A stretch of DNA of 64,000 bases from Oligoflexales bacterium (GTDB lineage Bacteria > Bdellovibrionota_B > Oligoflexia > Oligoflexales > Bog-1112). The stretch is taken from positions 32,001 to 96,000 of the forward strand of contig JBGCDR010000177.1 in the NCBI GenBank assembly GCA_045105515.1, read 5' to 3'. Positions within the stretch are counted from its first letter, which is position 1. Every line of letters starts with the position of its first letter. Under the pieces are notes generated by a model. It worked only from the letters and a program-made list of their open reading frames with translations. It searched no databases and was not told where the DNA came from. A program made the position numbers and the translations under genes. Shown piece by piece: positions 57,445 to 64,000 of this stretch.

Positions 57445-58326
57445 TTAGACGATCAATGAAAGGTCTGAAGCCCTAAGGAATGTAAGAGTGTCACCAAAGG
57501 TCAACTTGAGTTGACCATGCTGGCCATCAAGCGCCAGGGTGGCATGCTCGCAGAAATTTTCGATTTTTACACTTTCATCCATGGCTGAAAAAAAACCTTT
57601 TTGAAGTTTAAAAGGTTCTGATCCAGGGGGAGTGTAAGGCTCGCGTACTACATACTGAAACTCATCAGAATTTCGGTCCACCTGGGCACCACCAGCAGTT
57701 CTGATCGCGGCGGTGCTTCCGGCTGCAGTTGCGAGCCAAATCCCACTAGATTTTTGTCTTTCTTTATCTTTTCCAATTTGAAAGATGTAGCGAGTTGTCG
57801 CTGCAGGATTTCGGTTAGAAAATAGGAAATCGTTTAGAATTGGGTCGCTTAATATCTCTCGTCCAGTTTCTGCATACTGAATTTTTGCTTGAAGTCTGCA
57901 CAGTTTGCTTATCTTAAGCTTACCTGTTGCTAATTGTTTAATATATCGCTCTAGTCCATTGATATCGCAGGTACATAAATACCCAACGCTCATCGAAGAA
58001 GACCTAATCCCAAGAACCGGGATGTCTTTATTGTGCACATGATGGCTTGCTTCCAAAACAGTCCCATCACCTCCGACGGAGATCACAGCATCAACCTTAC
58101 TGAGCTCAGGCCAATATCGTCCGCGATGAACTTCTACATAGGAGATTTGATAGTGATCAAGTAAGTCTAAGAGTGCCTTGCGGCATTTGTGATGTTTTTC
58201 ATGATCAAGAACTAAACGTTCAAGATGGTCTTCGGACAAAAAGCCATGGGCAATTTTACGTTTGATGCTTTCCCCATGAACATCGAGGTTCGTTGTCTTA
58301 CAGGAAATGAGAACATGCACGATCAC
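57445..58326 (-). CDS. nadK: NAD(H) kinase
   Basis: VGGDGT, LND, TAAGSTA..TAGG, LDG. GTG start with SD GAGGAG. Confidence 0.88.
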   Translation of the reverse strand: MIVHVLISCKTTNLDVHGESIKRKIAHGFLSEDHLERLVLDHEKHHKCRKALLDLLDHYQISYVEVHRGRYWPELSKVDAVISVGGDGTVLEASHHVHNKDIPVLGIRSSSMSVGYLCTCDINGLERYIKQLATGKLKISKLCRLQAKIQYAETGREILSDPILNDFLFSNRNPAATTRYIFQIGKDKERQKSSGIWLATAAGSTAAIRTAGGAQVDRNSDEFQYVVREPYTPPGSEPFKLQKGFFSAMDESVKIENFCEHATLALDGQHGQLKLTFGDTLTFLRASDLSLIV

Positions 58327-58392
58327 GCTCCTCTATTCGGGAAAAGCACCCTTTAACGTTAAGCTAGAATCTCCCATGGCTTCAAATTGGGC

Positions 58393-59964
58393 TTACTGTT
58401 CATGTGTTGCTGCCTGTTGGAGGTCTATAGCTAAGTATTCGTCAGATTTTTTGATATCTTGAGTCTTTTCAAAGTCTTTAACAGCACCACTCTCGAAGCT
58501 ATTATAGAAGCCATAGCCTAAGGAAAATGCAGCTGAAGCAGTTAACTGTTTGCGACGGCTTTCATCTAGCTTTGATACATCCGCTTCCGCAATATTTGCC
58601 AGTCGGAGGATATAGTAGGCATTACCTGATTTTACGGCCTTTGGGTGAAGCTTTTGCTCAGGCGTGAGAGTTAAGATTGCATCCTTTATTTCAGCTTGGG
58701 AACCGATTCCCGGAATATAACGAGAAGTCAAAGCTAGGTTTCCTGTTTTCTTCCATTCTAATTTATATTCTTTGAGCAAATTTTTTATTTCTTTACTTTT
58801 CTTTAGTTGGTCCAAGACTTCTTGTGCCCGCAGTTCTACCATTTTAGGCCCCTTATCCTGCAGAATCAGGGTTTTGGCTATGGAAGGAGTAGCTTCTTCG
58901 AGGCTAGTTTTTTTGGCAGCCTGCTTTTGTTCTACTTTAATAACATGGAAACCAAAAGGGGTTTCAACCACTTCGCCTATCTGTTCAGCTTCTAGATTGA
59001 ATGCTACTTCACTAAATTCCTTGACCATTGCGTTCTTGGTAAAAAAGCCTAAGTCTCCACCTGTTTTCTTTCCATTTGGCTCATCTGTTTCAGTTTTAGC
59101 AAGCTGAGCAAAATCTGTACCAGTTTTGGCCTTAGCTAATATTTCTTCGGCTTTCTTTTTGGCCTCTTCTTTACTTCGCTTTGCGGCCGCTGCAGTAGCA
59201 TTTCTAGCCCCTTTGAAGCTGATTAGAATGTGCCTTGCTTTTATTTTTTCTTCAATTTGAAATTCGCTTTGGTGGGATTCAAACCAAGCTTTGATTTTAG
59301 CGTCACTTCCCTCAGCTTTCACGAAGCTGTCTAGTTCTTTGTCGTCTAGTTCAATATTTAACTTTTCAGGTTCAATTTTTAGATACTCGACATCGACTTT
59401 GGTCTCTGAAATCTTGTAGTCCATTTCGACCGCTTTACTGGAAACAAAAGTCGTTCCAGTAATGTTTTGTCTTAACTTTTCGAGTGTTAGAGTTCGACGT
59501 AGCTCTTCTTGAAAACTTGATTCTGAGTAGCGATTACCCCTCAGAAACCGGACGAAGAATTCTTGAGAAAATTTTCCATCTTTGTCAGTAAAAGCATCGA
59601 TGTTGCCAAGGTAGTTGATCACTTCTCCATCAGTAGCTTTCAAGCCAAGGTCGACTGCCTTTAAATAGAGCGCTCTGCCTGAGATCAGTTGATCTAAAAC
59701 AGTGCTTGCAACCTTGAGTGCTCCAGCGTTGAAGTCATCTCCATACTGTCGCCTCATTTGTTCCGATTGCCGTTCATAAGCGCGCACAAACTCTTGTTGG
59801 GTTATTTCTTCATCGCCGACAGAGCCGGCAATCCCAGGTAAGCCACTATTCGGCCCCTGTGGATTACACATCCCAAAAAATGTCATGGCCCCTAAGGCTA
59901 ATGCTAAGATTACATAGGTTGACTTACTTACGGATTTTCCAGTCGATCCACTTTGTTGACTCAT
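58393..59964 (-). CDS. ppiD: PpiD/SurA-family peptidyl-prolyl isomerase chaperone
   Basis: N-terminal TM, SurA-N helical region, parvulin domain ARHILI...FAQLAK...GGDLGFF...MVKEF...ETPFGFHVIKV. Confidence 0.85.
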   Translation of the reverse strand: MSQQSGSTGKSVSKSTYVILALALGAMTFFGMCNPQGPNSGLPGIAGSVGDEEITQQEFVRAYERQSEQMRRQYGDDFNAGALKVASTVLDQLISGRALYLKAVDLGLKATDGEVINYLGNIDAFTDKDGKFSQEFFVRFLRGNRYSESSFQEELRRTLTLEKLRQNITGTTFVSSKAVEMDYKISETKVDVEYLKIEPEKLNIELDDKELDSFVKAEGSDAKIKAWFESHQSEFQIEEKIKARHILISFKGARNATAAAAKRSKEEAKKKAEEILAKAKTGTDFAQLAKTETDEPNGKKTGGDLGFFTKNAMVKEFSEVAFNLEAEQIGEVVETPFGFHVIKVEQKQAAKKTSLEEATPSIAKTLILQDKGPKMVELRAQEVLDQLKKSKEIKNLLKEYKLEWKKTGNLALTSRYIPGIGSQAEIKDAILTLTPEQKLHPKAVKSGNAYYILRLANIAEADVSKLDESRRKQLTASAAFSLGYGFYNSFESGAVKDFEKTQDIKKSDEYLAIDLQQAATHEQ

Positions 59965-60171
59965 TAATAACCTCGGTTATCCTCTTGTTCAAAATCTGTT
60001 CCAGGCAAACAAAAATACCACCTCTTACAAGTAGCACAAATTTTTCGTTCGTGTTAATTGAGTTTAAAGCATTATAATGTAGGGATGAATGTAACGGTTC
60101 CTGCTAATCTCCATCAGGAGGCACACCGTAAATCTAAATTACCCTCAGATAACGGCATTTTATAGGAGTAA

Positions 60172-61209
<1,038 letters not shown>

Positions 61210-61300
61210 AAGTGAGCAAACGCTCCTGCCTTTTTTTGCCAGCTTATTTGTATCCTATTATAAGCCGGTAGTTAGCCTAGTTAAGAAGACTTGAATTTGC

Positions 61301-62245
61301 TTGCTTGCCCGGTACTATAGACTAGGTCAATTGTACGCCTTTTTCAGTGGTAATGCTTTGTTAGGATTTAAGAAAAAACACCTGTGGGCTTTTATTGTTT
61401 TTAGTGCTTTGATATCGCCTTTCATTTTTTTTTCCTCTTCTATGCGACCCTGGGACCAAGGCAGCCGTCTCTCCCATCTAGTACAAGAGCTTATATTTCC
61501 CATCGAGTATGGTTGGTTTCAGGTTCAGAGTTTTGTTAAATACTCTTGGAATACTTATTTTGACTTGAGTGATGCTGCCAAAGAAAATGCTCAACTTAAG
61601 CAAAAGCTAGGAGTCCTTGAAACTAGGATTATGGATTATGAGCACCAGGTGCAAGAGGTTAAACGGCTTAGGAAGCTTATTGGCTTTTCTCAACTGTACT
61701 CACGAGGCATGATGGTTGCTGAGGTGGTTGGAACATCCACCGATACCCCTTTTCAAGGAATGCGGATTGCGAAAGGGAGCATGGACCGCGTCAAGGTTGG
61801 TATGCCGATCGTTGCAGCTCAAGGCATTGTTGGTAGAGTCTTACGAGCCGGCTTTAAGTTTTCAGATGTACAGCTTCTCGTGGATACTAATTTTAACCTT
61901 GATGTAATCGTAGAGAGGACCAGGATTCGAGGGGTGCTGCATGGTATGGCCGATAATCGTTGTCGGCTTAAGCTGCACCGACGTGCTGATATCCGGATTG
62001 GTGATACTATTGTTACATCTGGGATTACTGGCAGCTTTCCTAAGGGCCTCCCCATCGGAAGGGTGATGCGCATCAGTTATGAGGCTGATAATGTTTCACA
62101 GGTGATCACGATTCAACCTTGGGTGGACTATCATGGACTAGAAGAAGTTGTGGTACTAAATCATACAGATGAAGAAGTAGAAACAATCAAAGAAACAGCT
62201 GGAAGTGATTGGATTCGATACCCCCCTATGAAGGATGAAGGCTAA
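61301..62245 (+). CDS. mreC: Rod shape-determining protein MreC
   Basis: TM, coiled coil ENAQLK..RLRKL, GIVGRV, GDTIVTSG..FPKGLPIG; follows mreB. Start uncertain. Confidence 0.92.
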   Translation: MLARYYRLGQLYAFFSGNALLGFKKKHLWAFIVFSALISPFIFFSSSMRPWDQGSRLSHLVQELIFPIEYGWFQVQSFVKYSWNTYFDLSDAAKENAQLKQKLGVLETRIMDYEHQVQEVKRLRKLIGFSQLYSRGMMVAEVVGTSTDTPFQGMRIAKGSMDRVKVGMPIVAAQGIVGRVLRAGFKFSDVQLLVDTNFNLDVIVERTRIRGVLHGMADNRCRLKLHRRADIRIGDTIVTSGITGSFPKGLPIGRVMRISYEADNVSQVITIQPWVDYHGLEEVVVLNHTDEEVETIKETAGSDWIRYPPMKDEG

Positions 62246-62789
62246 GTTGTCCCTTTTTTTAAAAAAGTTGTTTTTAGGTTTGGTGCCTAGGCCTGCATCT
62301 GGAAGCTTTGGTCTAGATGTTTTTTACATTGTTTTAGTTATTAGTCTTCAGGTTTCTATCCTTCCCTCTTTACTTTCTTATTCGCGAATTGACCTGCTCA
62401 CTCCCTGGCTAGTTTTCTCATTTATTGGTCTTGGTACCGGACAAGCAATGGTCTTAGCTTTATTGGCAGCTATTGCTCTGGAAAACCATGGGACTTTTCC
62501 TGCTGGTTTGTATTTCTGCTCATACTGGATCATGGGGACTCTTATGAGCCTTTTGAAAAATCATATTTCTTGGCGCAACACCCTTCCTTGGATTGCGACC
62601 TTTGGTATTTCCCAGCTATGGATTGTTCTCTTCGAAACATTTGTCTTTCTGGTTAAGACGAGTAACTTGCTTTTCCTTGATCTTAAGTATGGTATTGGTG
62701 TTTTTGTTCGCATGTTCACCGCCCTTTTAATTGGGGTTTTCGCTGCAAGGTTTGTACCATTCAAAGTAGCTGAGGAAAAACCAACTTGA
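62235..62789 (+). CDS. mreD: Rod shape-determining protein MreD (divergent)
   Basis: Hydrophobic 5-TM ORF overlapping mreC and mrdA; call rests mainly on position. Confidence 0.7.
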   Translation: MKAKLSLFLKKLFLGLVPRPASGSFGLDVFYIVLVISLQVSILPSLLSYSRIDLLTPWLVFSFIGLGTGQAMVLALLAAIALENHGTFPAGLYFCSYWIMGTLMSLLKNHISWRNTLPWIATFGISQLWIVLFETFVFLVKTSNLLFLDLKYGIGVFVRMFTALLIGVFAARFVPFKVAEEKPT

Positions 62790-64000
62790 GTCGTTCTTAC
62801 AAGCAAGAAAGTCCTCTCATTGAGTCGAGGTTTTTGTGGTCAAATATTTTTTTGATCGGAATTTTCGCTTTGCTTACAGTACGCCTTTGGTATATCCAGA
62901 TCTATAAGGGTGAAACATACCGGAGGATTTCAGAGAATAACCGGATTCGTCGTATTGAGGTCCCTGCGCCTAGGGGAATGATCTTTGACCGGTATGGAAG
63001 TGTGGTGCTTGGTAATAGGCCTTTTTTTGACTTGGTCTATATCCCTCAGTATGTCAAGGAAACTGAAACCACTCTTCAGATATTATCGCAGCTTTTGCAT
63101 GAACCAACTGCTAATTTTGAGCGCATGCTCCGTGCAAATAGGGGGCGACCAAAGTTTTTACCGACGACTTTGAAGAGAAATTTATCTATTCACGAAGTTT
63201 CGCTAATTGAAGCGAATAAGGTTTTTTTACCTGGTATCGAAATTAACGTAGCTCCCCGAAGAGATTATAAAGATCATACTCCTGCCCATATCGTTGGTTA
63301 TATGGGAGAAATAAGCAGTAAAGCATTAAGGGTATGGAATGATAAGCAGCCTGAAAACCCATATCTGCCAGGGGACCTCATTGGTAAGCAGGGACTTGAA
63401 TACCGATGGGAGTCTTTGCTGCGGGGAAAAAGAGGTTATCGTTTAATACAGGTTGATGCTTTTGGGCGTCAAACTAGTTTGTTTGAATTTGAAGGCTGGC
63501 ATTTACCTATTCGTCCAGCTGTACCTGGCTCTGATCTGATTCTGACATTGGATATGGAATTACAAAAAGCAGCAGAGAAGGCTTTTCAAGGTAAGTATGG
63601 TGCAGTTGTAGTTTTAGATCCTCAGACTGGTGAAATTTTAGCTTTGATCAGTTCACCTGGTTATAACCCAGCAATCTACCAAGAAGGCCTTAGTGTAGAT
63701 AAGTGGCAATCTTTAATATCGGATCCATTCAAACCACTTTTTGATAAGACTACAGGAGGAAGCTTTCCACCGGGGAGCTTGTACAAGCCTGTCGTGGCAT
63801 TTGCTGCACTTGGAGAAGGGATCATAAAGGCAGGCTCAACTTTTCCATGTGGAGGAGCCTTTGAACTTGGAAGGGATGTTTTCCATTGTCATCATCGGGG
63901 TGGACATGGGCAAGTAGACTTACGGAAAGCCTTGGTCAAGTCATGTGATATCTTTTTTTATAATGTTGGAGTTGAGCTAGGGGCAGATAAAATTGCAAAG
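62786..64000 (+). CDS. mrdA: Penicillin-binding protein 2, partial (runs off the window)
   Basis: Manual translation from TTG 62786 (TTGA overlap with the mreD stop): RLWYIQI, ENNRIR, APRGMIFDR, IGKQGLE, DPQTGEILALISSP, PPGSLYK (SxxK), SCD. Confidence 0.93.
   Translation, partial: MSRSYKQESPLIESRFLWSNIFLIGIFALLTVRLWYIQIYKGETYRRISENNRIRRIEVPAPRGMIFDRYGSVVLGNRPFFDLVYIPQYVKETETTLQILSQLLHEPTANFERMLRANRGRPKFLPTTLKRNLSIHEVSLIEANKVFLPGIEINVAPRRDYKDHTPAHIVGYMGEISSKALRVWNDKQPENPYLPGDLIGKQGLEYRWESLLRGKRGYRLIQVDAFGRQTSLFEFEGWHLPIRPAVPGSDLILTLDMELQKAAEKAFQGKYGAVVVLDPQTGEILALISSPGYNPAIYQEGLSVDKWQSLISDPFKPLFDKTTGGSFPPGSLYKPVVAFAALGEGIIKAGSTFPCGGAFELGRDVFHCHHRGGHGQVDLRKALVKSCDIFFYNVGVELGADKIAK

Noticed and set aside
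62985..63173. 62-aa ORF in the track
   Set aside because: Out-of-frame ORF inside mrdA.

Overview
A 64-kb, AT-rich bacterial chromosome segment. The gene content suggests Bdellovibrionota, probably Oligoflexia (inference from an FHA-GGDEF DgcB-type cyclase, an AgmX/PglI C-terminal domain protein, a Gld-type ABC transporter and many secreted orphans). Most of it is housekeeping: pabB-like, hbd, mutY, acs, fliC with a clear sigma-28 promoter, pdhABC, fabF, lptF-like, yitJ, trmL, hisC, a cation/H+ antiporter, cheX/cheY, proC, NAD(H) kinase, ppiD-like and mreB-mreC-mreD-mrdA (mrdA runs off the right end). I saw no rRNA, tRNA, CRISPR array, transposase or integrase. The strongest candidate for an undescribed system is the block at about 34.1-41.8 kb. 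It holds a GT-A glycosyltransferase, a ~1270-aa secreted protein with atypical kinase-fold motifs, a convergent secreted permuted papain-like (YiiX/NlpC-P60) protein and a CPBP protein with a degenerate catalytic motif. Other notable items: a secreted His-Gly...Ser-Cys (clan CD-like) ORF at the left edge that the ORF track misses, an EndoVII-like zinc/His-Me nuclease, an lptF-like gene that appears to start at ATT, a plant-NADK3-like kinase and a possibly structured intergenic RNA. All calls come from reading motifs by eye; no database search was run.
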